A DNA stretch of 63,364 nucleotides, counting the filler, from Chrysochromulina tobinii (taxonomy: Eukaryota): the NCBI GenBank assembly GCA_001275005.1. It is 6 parts of 6 records of this genome, joined end to end, with 100 filler letters (N's around TTAATTAATTAA, not from the genome) between each part and the next. Parts side by side here need not be neighbours in the genome. Positions count along the whole stretch, not along the records: positions 27,424 to 47,888 come from JWZX01001446.1; positions 47,989 to 55,561 come from JWZX01001451.1; positions 55,662 to 59,509 come from JWZX01001473.1; 3 more parts are not named here. One strand, written 5' to 3'. Made by a program: the position numbers and the translations under genes. The notes under the pieces are model-generated. The model was not told the origin of the DNA, did not search any database, and saw only the letters and a list, made by a program, of their open reading frames with translations. Shown here one piece after another: positions 44,747 through 56,100 of this stretch; within the stretch, counting starts at the first letter, position 1, and each line of letters opens with the position of its first letter.

Positions 44747-47476
44747 ATGGTGAAAACGGGGCGAACGGGGGCGCAGAATGGACGCGCTGGTGGGCGCCTC
44801 AGCGCTGGCGTGAGAACTGCCAAGGCTCTGGCTGCGGCCCCCCGAGTGCGCGTCGTGGCCGAAGGGTCACGACCCTCGAAGCGTGCAAAGCGAGATGAGC
44901 CGATGGCGACGCCGACTCCGGTGATGCTCGATGAGCTCACGGCGGCCAAGGGGCGTGCGCAGGCGATGGCCGAATCGCTGGGCCTCTCGCCAGGCTCGAT
45001 CAAGATCATGGTGGCCTCAGCCCTGGGCACATTTGCAGGCTCAGCGATGGCGGCCCAGGCGCCAGCAGCAGCAGCTGTCACCAGCACCCGTGTGGGCAAG
45101 CAGCCCGTGCGGCCAGAGCCACAAGCCATGGCCGGTGCATCGTCCTCAGCATCAGAGCCCCTCGGCCTCAAGGGGCGGCCGCGCGGCTCGCAGGTCCTCG
45201 TGCAGGTGGCGGCCGAGTATGGTGCGCGCAAGGTGTACACCTTCAGCGACGTCTGCGCCCTCGCCACTCGCATCATGGCCGGCACACTGATGGTCGCCGA
45301 CTTGCAGCAGAAGAATAGCGACGGCGCGTGGACGTTCGGCATCCCGCGCTCGACCATGCTCGACAAGTGGCTCAAGGATGACCACAGCGTCATGCAGTCG
45401 CAGAACCCGCCGCGGCTCGGTCTCGCGGGCTCGCCGCACTGGCTCGTCGAGCGCGACGTGCGCGGCCGCACGGAGCTGTCAAAGCCCGGTCCCGGCACGG
45501 TGATGGGCGCAGCCGAGACGCAGCTGATGCATACCCTCGCCACTGCCGCCAAGAAGGGGTGGGCCTACATGGAGGAGGAGATCGACGACCTCGTGCGCAA
45601 CACGTGCATCGAGCTCGAGGTTCTCGACCCACGCACGAAGACGCTGTACTCGGAGACGTCGAATGTGAACACGCTTGTGAAGAACTTCCTCAACCGCTGC
45701 GAGGAGAAGGGAATCGTGTTCATCTATTCCAACGGCCGCAAGCTCGGGCTGCAGCGCGCGATCAAGAGCAACTGGGAGGCTCTCGATCATTATGGCCGGA
45801 TAGTCGCCACGCCGGCGCTGGTGGCCTTCCAGCGCCGGCACGATGTGAAACTCACGCTCCTCGACGTGGGCAACTTCGACGAGGCGCAGGTCGACCTTTG
45901 CGACTTCGCCGAGAAGGGCATGTTCCTCATACTGCCTAGCCACGGCAAGAACATCGTGGTCCCCTTCGAGCAGTGCCCACACTTTACCATCAAGTGGGGC
46001 TTCATAGGCAAGCAGCTCATGGTGAGCATGCTGATCAAGATAGGCAGCGACGAGACCGCGCCACACCCCCACCACTGCCAGCTGCTGCAGAGCTCGCGGG
46101 TGATCGTGCTCGCACAGTCGGTGAATGGGTGGACGAACACCACTCTGACGACCGCCTTCCTGCAGCTGCAGTATGACGACCCGATCATCGAGCTAGGCCC
46201 AACTTCTGCCCCAGCACCCGCCGCAGCCGCGACTGCCACTGCGATGCCTGTCGATGATGAGCCTGATGGCGCTGCGGGTGATGCACTACGTGCAGCCATC
46301 CGCGCTCGTGGCGAGGCACAACTTGCCGCCGAAGCGGCGGCCGGAGGCGATGGCGGTGCAGCGGCTGCAGCGGCGGCAGGAGGCTGCGGTGCAGCGGCGC
46401 CAGCGGCGGGTGCTGGGGCTCGCCTGCCTGCACGGCCGAAGGTCCTCAACTTCGACGGGCACTCGGCACACCTCTACAACGAGGCGCTCAAAGATGGCTT
46501 CACCGCCAACAAGATCCTCGGCCTTTGTCCGTGCTCGCACACATCGGCGCCGACGCAGCAGCTGCCCGGCACGCAGCAGGCCGACTATGGCACCAAGCAT
46601 GGCGGGGGCATCGCGAGCTTGAAGGGCAAGCTGCGCCCCATGTTATGCAAGCAGTTCCGGGCGTCGCTCATGCGAGCGCCAGGCGACCCGAAGCGCGGCA
46701 AGATCGATGTCGCCGAGCTGCTGGCGATGTGTGAGAAGGCACTGCTGGTCTCGTGGGATGGCTCGATGGCAGAGCACCTGAACGAGCAGGTGGGCTACTA
46801 CGTCGACCCGACGGACGGCTTCCTGAAGCTCGACGTGCTCCGCATGCATCGAGCGGAGGTCCCGGTCGACGGCACGGTGCGTAAGCGCACCTCGGCGGAC
46901 GTGCTCAAGGAGATGAAGGATAAAGAGGCCAAGGCGATCGAAAAGGCGCGCCTCGAGATGAATGCGGCCGGCGCGGCGGTCGCCATGCAGAACAAGGCTG
47001 TGGTGGACCGCCCCGACAAGGAAGTTCGCAAGGTGCGCAAGGATGCACCGAACAAATTTGGTTGCGTCGTGAGCCGCGAGGAGTCGATCATGCAGACGGC
47101 CCTCGACGTGGCCGCCGCCGCAACCGCAGCAGCCAAGGACGCCGATAAGGAGAATAAGGCCTGGCCCGCCGATCGGCGCAAGGCCATCCGCGGCCTCGAG
47201 GAGATCCTCGAGCAGAAAGGCACGCCATCAAAGCTTGCCGTGGGTCAGCTCAAGCAGCTCATCTTCTCTCGAACGGGCCATCACCCGCACGCCAAGAACA
47301 ACAAGACGGAGGAGGGCGAGGAGGAGGGCGCTATGCTGCGTGAGGCGCGTGCTGCAATGGCGAAGCAGCCAACGAGCCTCTGCCCACCCTCCCCCGCCGC
47401 CGCCCCAGCCACCGCCATGGAGGAGGATGAGGAGGACAACAGCGAGGATGAAGACGAGGACGGAATGGGTGAGTAA
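44747..47476 (+). mobile_element. pogo/Fot1-like DDE_1 transposase, intact ORF, TIRs not identified
   Basis: HTH-psq-like FGIPRSTMLDKW. Catalytic NFDE, S.NGW, NFDGHSAH and SHTS...QQAD motifs. Confidence 0.8.
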
Positions 47477-48137
47477 GAGTAGAGATTTTTGGTTTCGAGA
47501 CGTACATACAGTAGACAGTATACTGAGTAGAGCAGTACAAGACGCCCCGGTATATAATGTACAGCAGAAGCAATCATCAAAAAGACAAAACCGCCGAGAA
47601 CGGTCGCATACGAGCATGGCCTTTTTCATGCTCGTCACGGCCGACGACCCAAAGAGCACCAAGACGGCCATGCGCCGCATGCGACCGTTCTCGATGGGTC
47701 CGTCGAATTGGGACGATTCCTTTTGCAGGAAGCATCTCATGAGTGATATCTAGGCGCTCGCAGCGACGATGAGGGGCGCTGACGCGGTCCGTTCACACCC
47801 TATTCTCTCTTCGTTCACAGTTCGTCGATCTGTGAACTGAACTGTGAATGGTTGGGTACTGACCCCAGGCCGAGGCTACATTGAGCTGNNNNNNNNNNNN
47901 NNNNNNNNNNNNNNNNNNNNNNNNNNNNNNNNTTAATTAATTAANNNNNNNNNNNNNNNNNNNNNNNNNNNNNNNNNNNNNNNNNNNNCGGGGACGACAA
48001 GCCCGTCGCTCAACGTGGCGGCGCTCAAGTCGAGGCTGGCGAGGCTGCGTGCGCGCCCGTGAAGGGCTTGAGAGAGAGCCTGGGGCGCGGGCGGGCGGCG
48101 CGGTGGTCGTGGTGCATGGCGTGGCATGGCATGGCGT

Positions 48138-48285
48138 GCACAATCGGTGTGCCCTGTGGAGGGCGCATGCAATTGGTGTGCCCTGTGGAGGGCGCATGCA
48201 ATCGGTCTGCCCAGTGGAGGGCGCATGCAATCGGTTTGCCTTGTGGAGGGCGCATGCAATCGGTTTGCCCTGTGGAGGGCGCATG
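48138..48285. repeat. 30-bp tandem repeat, about 5 copies
   Basis: (G/T)CCCTGTGGAGGGCGCATGCAATCGGTxT units. Confidence 0.85.
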
Positions 48286-49063
48286 GCGGCGACGTGACGC
48301 ATGAGGGCATCAGGGGAGCGGTGTCCCCGCTGTGCGTCGCAAGAGCCGTGCAAACTGTACTGAGTACTGGGCACCATCTCCGGTCTGCAGAGTGATAGAG
48401 GGCGAGAGGCTGCAAGGGCGGATGTGCGGATGGGGCCTTGTGGGCGAGAATCGCGCTTTGCGGTTGGCGCGGGTCGGCATCCTTTGGGCATCCTCCACGC
48501 CATCGACCACGCCAAGGCGGCGTCGGGGGACCGGAGATAGTGATAAACCGGAGAGCGGAGCCCAGCCGGTGTATGTGCGTGCGGCGTGGCTGAGTGCGGA
48601 ACGGCGATGCCGATGACTCCGCGATGCGCGGGGCGCGTGCTGGCGCGGTCGTCCGACGGCGACGCCCGACGGTTTGCGGTGAGCGCCCCGGGGGGGGCAG
48701 TGGGCCGCTCTTTAAGTCATAACCGACGCAATCATGATCGAAACCATACAAGTTGCAACGAAACCCGGCCGACCGGAGCGAAGATCATGAGCAACCGCGC
48801 GAGCGTACCGTACGATAATTATACGGAACGTACCGTCACCCGACGACTGAGTATTCTGTATACGCCGGGACGCGACGAACGTCATGATACCCTGCGAAGC
48901 ACAGCCTCGAACTCCTTTTCTCACCTACCTGTGGGCTGTGGGGACGCCGAGAGGAAGTTTGATCTTGAGCAGCCGCGCGTCGTCGCTCTGGACTGTCTCT
49001 GCCCTGAAACTCCGCCCTCTCCAGGAACACGCAAAATCTGATTGCCGACGCTATCAGAACTTG

Positions 49064-49285
49064 CTATGACTGATAGGGACTGTCGGTCGTGCGCAGCTTC
49101 TCGCCGCCATTGCAGCGGTGGTAGGCGATGACGTAGTCGATGTGCACGTACTCGGAGTGGAAGAGAACAAACTCGCGGTAGCGCACGATAACGGGGCCCA
49201 GCTCGGCGATCAGCGAATGGTGGAAGATAGGTGGCGTGACGCCCGGCACCGCCGAGAGCTCACGGTAGTTGACGGGCCAGTATTG
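49064..49285 (-). pseudogene. 3' fragment of a PARP-like ADP-ribosyltransferase domain
   Basis: HSLIAELG...RYREFVLFHSEYVHIDYVIAYHR resembles the PARP C-terminal E(F/Y)V...YPxYxIxY strand. No upstream domain is found in frame. Confidence 0.45.
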
Positions 49286-49934
49286 GCAAACGCCCGAACC
49301 CCTCGTGCCTGGTGAGCGGTCCTTTCGAAGACCAAGCCGCCGCAGCCCAACGCGGATTCTCTGTGCGCTGCTGGGTGAAAAAGGGCGACAAGAAGGTGCG
49401 TCACCACAGCCCGAGCCCATACCCCACCACACCTATGACTCCGTGTTGCCTGCCACCATTCCGCAGTACTACTTTGTGATTATAATTACAGCGCACCCGC
49501 GGACAGGCTGCGCCTACGCCAGGGAGCTGACGGTGCTCGCGCTCCTCGGCATTCCTTCGATTCCCGGCTCGTTTGAATTCCGGCGCCCCCCGCGCACCGC
49601 GGAAGACGTGGCGAAGTACATGAACCGCGATCCACCGTTTCAATCACTTCCGCGGCGCTTCGGCCAAACGATCACGGGTGTGCTGCCGGAACCAGCCTCC
49701 AGCTTGTACGCAGCCTCGCTAGTGAGCCAGGCCGAGAGTCTCCGGTTGGAAGCGAGTTTGTCTACAGGGGACGCATTGTGAGCCTGCGCCGTGCAGGTGG
49801 TGGCGTAGAATAGCGTCTAAGCGGCAGCGGCGAGAGCCTACATATGTGTAACGTATGTTTTTGAATCGTGGCGCGCAGATGCGGCTATTACAACTGCAAA
49901 AAAATGCAATAAAATGGGCGGGGGGAGGGATGGT

Positions 49935-52880
49935 TTACGGCCGCCAGTGTCCCAAGCCGACCCGAGGAGGCCACGTTTTATGATCCGAGGCGGTCGAAGG
50001 GTCCGTCGGGATACTATCGATACCCCCTGATAAAAAACGGCTCACCTCGGTGCGCGACGGGTCGGCTCCGGGTGGCTTTGTGCGAGGGGGTCCGGGTTGC
50101 CGGCGGCGGGGGGGGGGAAGGCTCACCGGCCGGCAGGGCCCCAAGACGACCCGAGGAGGCCACAGGTGGAGATCTGAGGCGGCAGAAGGGTCCGTCGGGA
50201 TGCTATCGATACCCTCTGATAGTAAACGGCTCACCTCGGCGCGCGACGGGTCGGCTCCGTGTGGCTTTGTGCGAGGGGGTCCGGGTTGCCGGCGGCGGGG
50301 GTGGGAAGGCTCACCGGCTGTCTGTGTCCCAAGACGACCCGAGGCGGCTTCAGGTGGAGATCCGAGGCGACAGAGAAGTCCGTCGGGATGCTATCGATAC
50401 CCTCTGATAGTAAACGGTTCGCCTTGGCGCGCGATGGGTCGGCCCCGGGTGGCATTTACGCGAGGGGGGTCCGGGTGGCCGGCGGCGGGTGGTGGGAAGG
50501 CTCACCGGCCGTCAGTGTCCCAAGACGACCCGAGGAGGCTTCAGGTGGAGATCTGAGGCGGCAGAGAGGTCCGTCGGGATGCTATCGATACCCTCTGATA
50601 GTAAACGGTTCGCCTTGGCGCGCGATGGGTCGGCCCCGGGTGGCGTTTACGCGAGGGGGATCTGGAAGCCGGCGGCGGGGGGTGGGAAGGCTCACCGGCC
50701 GGCAGGGCCCCAAGACGACCCGAGGAGGCCACAGGTGGAGATCTGTGGCGGCAGACAGGTCCGTCGGGATGCTACCGAGACCCCCTGATAGTGAATGGCT
50801 CACCTCGGTGCGCGACGGGTCGGCTCCGGGTGGCGTTTGTGCGAGGGGGATCTGGAAGCCGGCGGCTGGGGGTGGGAAGGCTCACCGGCCGGCAGTGTCC
50901 CAAGACGACCCGAGGAGGCCACAGGTGGAGATCTGAAGCGGCAGAGAGGTCCGTCGGGATGCTACCGAGACCCCCTGATAGTGAATGGCTCACCTCGGTG
51001 CGCGACGGGTGGGCTCCGGGTGTCTTTGTGCGAGGGGGGTCCGGGTGGCCGGCGGCGGGGGTGGAAAGGCTCACCGGCTGTCTGTGTCCCAAGACGACCC
51101 GAGGAGGCCACAGGTGGAGATCTGAGGCGGCAGAGAGGTCCGTCGGGATGCTATCGATACCCTCTGATAGTAAACGGTTCGCCGTGGCGCGCGACGGGTC
51201 GGCTCCGGCCGGCTTTGTGCGAGGGGGATCTGGTGGCCTGCGGCGCGGGGGATGGGAAGGCTCACCGGTCGTCAGTGTCCCAAGACGACCCGAGGAGGCC
51301 ACAGGTGGAGATCCGAGGCGGCAGAGAGGTCCGTCGGGATGCTATCGATACCCCCTGATAGTAAACGGCTCACCTCGGCGCGCGACGGGTCGGCTCCGGG
51401 TGGCGTTTACGCGAGGGGTATCTGGAAGCCGGCGGCGGGGGGTGGGAAGGCTCACCGGCCGGCAGGGCCCCAAGACGACCCGAGGAGGCTACAGGTGGAG
51501 ATCTGAGGCGGCAGAGAGGTCCGTCGGGATGCTATCGATACCCCCTGATAGTAAACGGCTCGCCTTGGCGCGCGATGGGTCGGCCCCGGGTGGCGTTTAC
51601 GCGAGGGGGATCTGGAAGCCGGCGGCGGGGGGTGGGAAGGCTCACCGGCCGGCAGGGCCCCAAGACGACCCGAGGAGGCCACAGGTGGAGATCTGAAGCG
51701 GCAGACAGGTCCGTCGAGATGCTATCGATACCCCCTGATAGTAAACGGCTCACCTCGGCGCGCGACGGGTCGGCTCCGGGTGGCGTTTGTGCGAGGGGGA
51801 TCTGGAAGCCGGCGGCTGGGGGTGGGAAGGCTCACCGGCCGGCAGGGCCCCAAGACGACCCGAGGAGGCCACAGGTGGAGATCTGTGGCGGCAGATAGGT
51901 CCGTCGGGATGCTACCGAGACCCCCTGATAGTGAATGGCTCACCTCGGTGCGCGACGGGTGGGCTCCGGGTGGCGTTTGTGCGAGGGGGTCCGGGTGGCC
52001 GACGGCGGGGGGTGGGAAGGCTCACCAGCCGGCAGTGTCCCAAGACGACCCGAGGAGGCCACAGGTGGAGATCCGAGGCGGCAGAGAGGTCCGTCGGGAT
52101 GCTATCGATACCCCCTGATAGTAAACGGCTCACCTCGGCGCGCGACGGGTCGGCTCCGGGTGGCTTTGTGCGAGGGGGTCCGGGTGGCCGGCGGCGGGGG
52201 GTGGGAAGGCTCACCGGCTATCAGTGTCCCAAGACGACCCGAGGAGGCTTCAGGTGGAGATCTGAGGCGGCAGAGAGGTCCGTCGGGATGCTTTCGATAC
52301 CCTCTGATAGTAAACGGTTCGCCTTGGCGCGCGATGGGTCGGCCCCGGGTGGCATTTACGCGAGGGGGATCTGGAAGCCGGTGGCAGGGGGTGGGAAGGC
52401 TCACCGGCCGGCAGGGCCCCAAGACGACCCGAGGAGGCCACAGGTGGAGATCTGTGGCGGCAGAGAGGTCCGTCGGGATGCTACCGAGACCCCCTGATAG
52501 TGAATGGCTCACCTCGGTGCGCGACGGGTGGGCTCCGGGTGGCGTTTGTGCGAGGGGGATCTGGAAGCCGGCGGCGGGGGGTGGGAAGGCTCACCGGCCG
52601 TCAGTGTCCCAAGACGACCCGAGGAGGCTTCAGGTGGAGATCCGAAGCGGCAGAGAGGTCCGTCGGGATGCTATCGATACCCCCTGATAGTAAACGGCTC
52701 ACCTCGGCGCGCGATGGGTCGGCTCCGGGTGGCTTTGTGCGAGGGGGTCCGGGTGGCCGGCGGCGGGGGGTGGGAAGGCTTTAGGAAGGCTCACCGGCCG
52801 GCGGTGTCCCATGACGACCCGAGGAGGCCACAGGTGGAGATCAGAGGCGGCAGAGAGGCCCGTCGGGATGCTATCGATAC
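49935..52880. repeat. Satellite array of ~190-bp units, about 16 copies
   Basis: Anchor CAAGACGACCCGAGG recurs at about 50142, 50330, 50521, 50711, 50901, 51090, 51281, 51471, 51661, 51851, 52041, 52230, 52420 and 52610, with degenerate end copies. Confidence 0.97.
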
Positions 52881-53020
52881 CCTGACCCTAACCCGAATCC
52901 TAATACCTAAAAAAAGTCAAGTTCGATCGCGGCGAGCACGCGCGCGCGGCTGTCCGCAAGTCGTGTCGCATTTCGTTTCACACCGGCATGCAACACGTCA
53001 TCATTAAGCAACTTAACGAT

Positions 53021-55561
53021 CTAACCTCTACCGACGTTTGGCCAACTATCTCCTTCGAGAAGGAGCTTAAAACCTGCCTTTCCTTGCAGTGCGTTGCGAA
53101 TCAAGGCCCTAGCTTCCTCGCCCTCGCTTCCTTGCCCAAAATCGGGCCCAAGACATGTGGACAGGTCGATGCTCGTCAGCGCGCCATTCACGCTGAGGGC
53201 ATCAGCGAGAACCTTGACACCGGACAAGTCTGGCAAATCGGAGTACCAGAGGTCGCCGTTATTAAGGAAATCAAGGACGATGCGTCCACCTTTCAATCTT
53301 TGGCCAACTTCGAAATAATCGTCCCCTTCAGAGTTAACACCTTGATATCTGTTGCCTCCTTTACAATAATCTTCGTCTTCATAGTCAACGCCAGAGCCGC
53401 CTTTGAAGGTGTGCGTGATGGTCCAACCACAGAGATTGTTGGACGAGAGATTGAGACTCATCAGCGCGCCGTTGACGCGCATGGCATCGGCAATCGCTGT
53501 TAAGCCCTTTGCACAGTAAGTTCCGCGGTTGTATTTGGAACAGTTCTGACCTGGCCCGCTAACCAGCCTTGCGGCGTCCAACTCGACGCCGCACAGCTCG
53601 TTGTTGCTGAGGCTCAGCTGCGTGAGCGTCGCGTTCGTCTGGAGCGCCTCGCCCATCGCCTTGCCGCTCTCCGCGCCGAGCTCGTTGCCCCCCAAGTCGA
53701 GCTGCGTCAGCGTCGTGTTCGTCTGGAGCGCCATCGCGAGCTCGCAGCCGCCCGCATCGCCCAGCTTGTTGTTGTTGAGGCTCAGCTGCTTCAGCGTCGT
53801 GTTCGTCTGGAGCGCCTCGCCCATCGCTTTGCCGCTCTCCGCGCCGAGCTCGTTGCCCCCCAAATCGAGCTGCGCCAGTGTCGTGTTCTTCTTGAGCGCC
53901 ACTGCGAGTGCGCAGCCGCCCGCATCGCCCAGCTTGTTGCTCTTGAGGCTCAGCTGCTTCAGCGTCGTGTTCGTCATGAGCGCCTCGACCACCGCCTTGC
54001 CACTCTCCGCGCCGAGCTCGTTGCCCCCCAAATCGAGCTGCGCCAGTGTCGTGTTCTTCTTGAGCGCCACTGCGAGTGCGCAGCCGCCCGCATCGCCCAG
54101 CTTGTTGCTCTTGAGGCTCAGCTGCTTCAGCGTCGTGTTCGTCATGAGCGCCTCGACCACCGCCTTGCCACTCTCCGCGCCGAGCTCGTTGCCCCCCAAG
54201 TCGAGCTGCGCCAGCGTCGTGTTCTTCTTGAGCGCCACTGCGAGTGCGCAGCCGCCCGCATCGCCCAGCTTGTTGTTGTTGAGGCTCAGCTGCTTCAGCG
54301 TCGTGTTCGTCATGAGCGCCTCGACCACCGCCTTGCCACTCTCCGCGCCGAGCTCGTTGCCCCCCAAGTCGAGCTGCGCCAGCGTCGTGTTCTTCTTGAG
54401 CGCCACTGCGAGTGCGCAGCCGCCCGCATCGCCCAGCTTGTTGCTCTTGAGGCTCAGCTGTGTCAGCGTCGTGTTCGTCTGGAGCGCCTCGACCATCGCC
54501 TTGCCGCTCTCCGCGCCGAGCTGGTTGCCACCCAAGTCGAGCTGCGCCAGCGTCGTGTTCGTCTGGAGCGTCGCAAACACCTGCAGGCCCTCGCCATCAG
54601 TCAACTTGTTCTCTCGCAGGCTGAGCGACGCCAGCCCACGCATCAACTCGGCCACCGCAGCGACCATCGTCGGCCGATCTCCCCCAATGAGTTTCTGGCT
54701 CAGGTCGAGCTCATCACCGGCCCCGGCTGTCTGCTTCAGCCCCTTGCCAAAGGCGTCGCCCATCTCGCTGCCGAGCGTGACCGCATTGGCCCAAAACGCA
54801 GGCCATTGCCACGGTGGCGGCGACCCCTCAGGGAGGCGGTACTTTCCCGAGCAGATGGCGTTTACTGCAAAGTACTCTTGGAAGGAGAGGTGCGCCGACT
54901 GCATCTGGAGCGGCTCGACCTGCAGCAGGCTGAGAAGAGGGAGCCTATCCTGTCCCACGCGCTCGCCAACCTGCGCGACCGCCGTCCGCTCCTCATCACG
55001 CAGCGCCTGGACCGCGCCGTCCAGGGCAGGAAGGCGCTCCGCGTCCGCTCTCGCCATCTGCGCCCGGCAAGCAGCTTCATCCAGCCCGGACGATACGAGC
55101 TGCCTGGGCTCCAGCCACCCCGTTGTGGCGCCGTCCGCCAGCTTGACCTTGTATGGCTTGTCTGTTTTGTCGTCCTCGACGATCACGCCACGTTGGCCCT
55201 TCCGCTCGCCGTCCAGCAGCTCCACGTAGTGGCCCTTCTCCGGCCGGCCCTTGAACGTCTGGAAGGGGTTTGCCACCTTCGCATCCAGGTCGGCGAGCGT
55301 CCCCGGCGGCGCAAAGGCGCCCAGCGCCGCGCGGAGGAGCTGCACCTCGGTGATCACGCGCGCCTGCGCCACGTGCGCCTCGAAGAACACGGCTTCCAGC
55401 AGCGTGCGCACTTCTGCCGTCACGCCGCCGCCGCGCGCGAGCATCGCGTCCGATGCGAACGCGTACAGCTCGGCGACCGTCTTCGGCATGCCCAGCCCTT
55501 TGCGGATCTCGAAGACCGACGCGACCATCGAGAGCATCAGCGGGTTGGCCGTGACGCGATG
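53021..55561 (-). CDS. NACHT-LRR (NLR-like) protein, C-terminal part, 5'-truncated by gap
   Basis: TANPLMLSM, PKTVAELY, FFEAHVAQ, HLSFQEYF and PPWQWPAFWAN are shared with the first NLR. Alternating 28-aa RI-type LRRs follow. Confidence 0.88.
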   Translation of the reverse strand, partial: HRVTANPLMLSMVASVFEIRKGLGMPKTVAELYAFASDAMLARGGGVTAEVRTLLEAVFFEAHVAQARVITEVQLLRAALGAFAPPGTLADLDAKVANPFQTFKGRPEKGHYVELLDGERKGQRGVIVEDDKTDKPYKVKLADGATTGWLEPRQLVSSGLDEAACRAQMARADAERLPALDGAVQALRDEERTAVAQVGERVGQDRLPLLSLLQVEPLQMQSAHLSFQEYFAVNAICSGKYRLPEGSPPPWQWPAFWANAVTLGSEMGDAFGKGLKQTAGAGDELDLSQKLIGGDRPTMVAAVAELMRGLASLSLRENKLTDGEGLQVFATLQTNTTLAQLDLGGNQLGAESGKAMVEALQTNTTLTQLSLKSNKLGDAGGCALAVALKKNTTLAQLDLGGNELGAESGKAVVEALMTNTTLKQLSLNNNKLGDAGGCALAVALKKNTTLAQLDLGGNELGAESGKAVVEALMTNTTLKQLSLKSNKLGDAGGCALAVALKKNTTLAQLDLGGNELGAESGKAVVEALMTNTTLKQLSLKSNKLGDAGGCALAVALKKNTTLAQLDLGGNELGAESGKAMGEALQTNTTLKQLSLNNNKLGDAGGCELAMALQTNTTLTQLDLGGNELGAESGKAMGEALQTNATLTQLSLSNNELCGVELDAARLVSGPGQNCSKYNRGTYCAKGLTAIADAMRVNGALMSLNLSSNNLCGWTITHTFKGGSGVDYEDEDYCKGGNRYQGVNSEGDDYFEVGQRLKGGRIVLDFLNNGDLWYSDLPDLSGVKVLADALSVNGALTSIDLSTCLGPDFGQGSEGEEARALIRNALQGKAGFKLLLEGDSWPNVGRG

Positions 55562-56100
55562 NNNNNNNNNNNNNNNNNNNNNNNNNNNNNNNNNNNNNNN
55601 NNNNNTTAATTAATTAANNNNNNNNNNNNNNNNNNNNNNNNNNNNNNNNNNNNNNNNNNNNTGCCGGCAACCATCGTCGTACTCATCCTTCCGGAATCGT
55701 GAGGGAGTACAAGGTCAGACCCGCTTTCAGGCACTGTTCTTCACAGCCAGAGAGAACTTTGTAACTTACCAAGCTACCCACACATTGGCAGGACCCCCTG
55801 AATTGCGGTGGGGGAATTTGAAGGGGGTGTCAGCGTGGGAGTAAGGCGGCATGCGGCATGGAACATGGAACGGCACCTGTTGACACGACGGGACCCGGGC
55901 ATGGAAACCTGCTTGTTCTCCTCGTTGCTTGTTCTCCCCGTTGCTTGCCGTGGGCTCGGTGCTCGTCGTCAGTCCTTACTGTCGGGGCTTGAACCCCTCC
56001 GGTCTCTTGTTGTCTGTTTCATATCGTCGTTCACAGTTCTCGCCTCGCTCTGGAACCGTGACTGTGACGCTTTTTCATGGGCGTGTCGTCCCGCGCACTC

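Noticed and set aside
49935..52880. Possible CRISPR array or tandem RNA genes, and the many ORFs within the array
   Set aside because: There are no unique spacers, no cas genes and no recognisable 5S/tRNA/snRNA sequence. The ORFs are by-products of a GC-rich repeat
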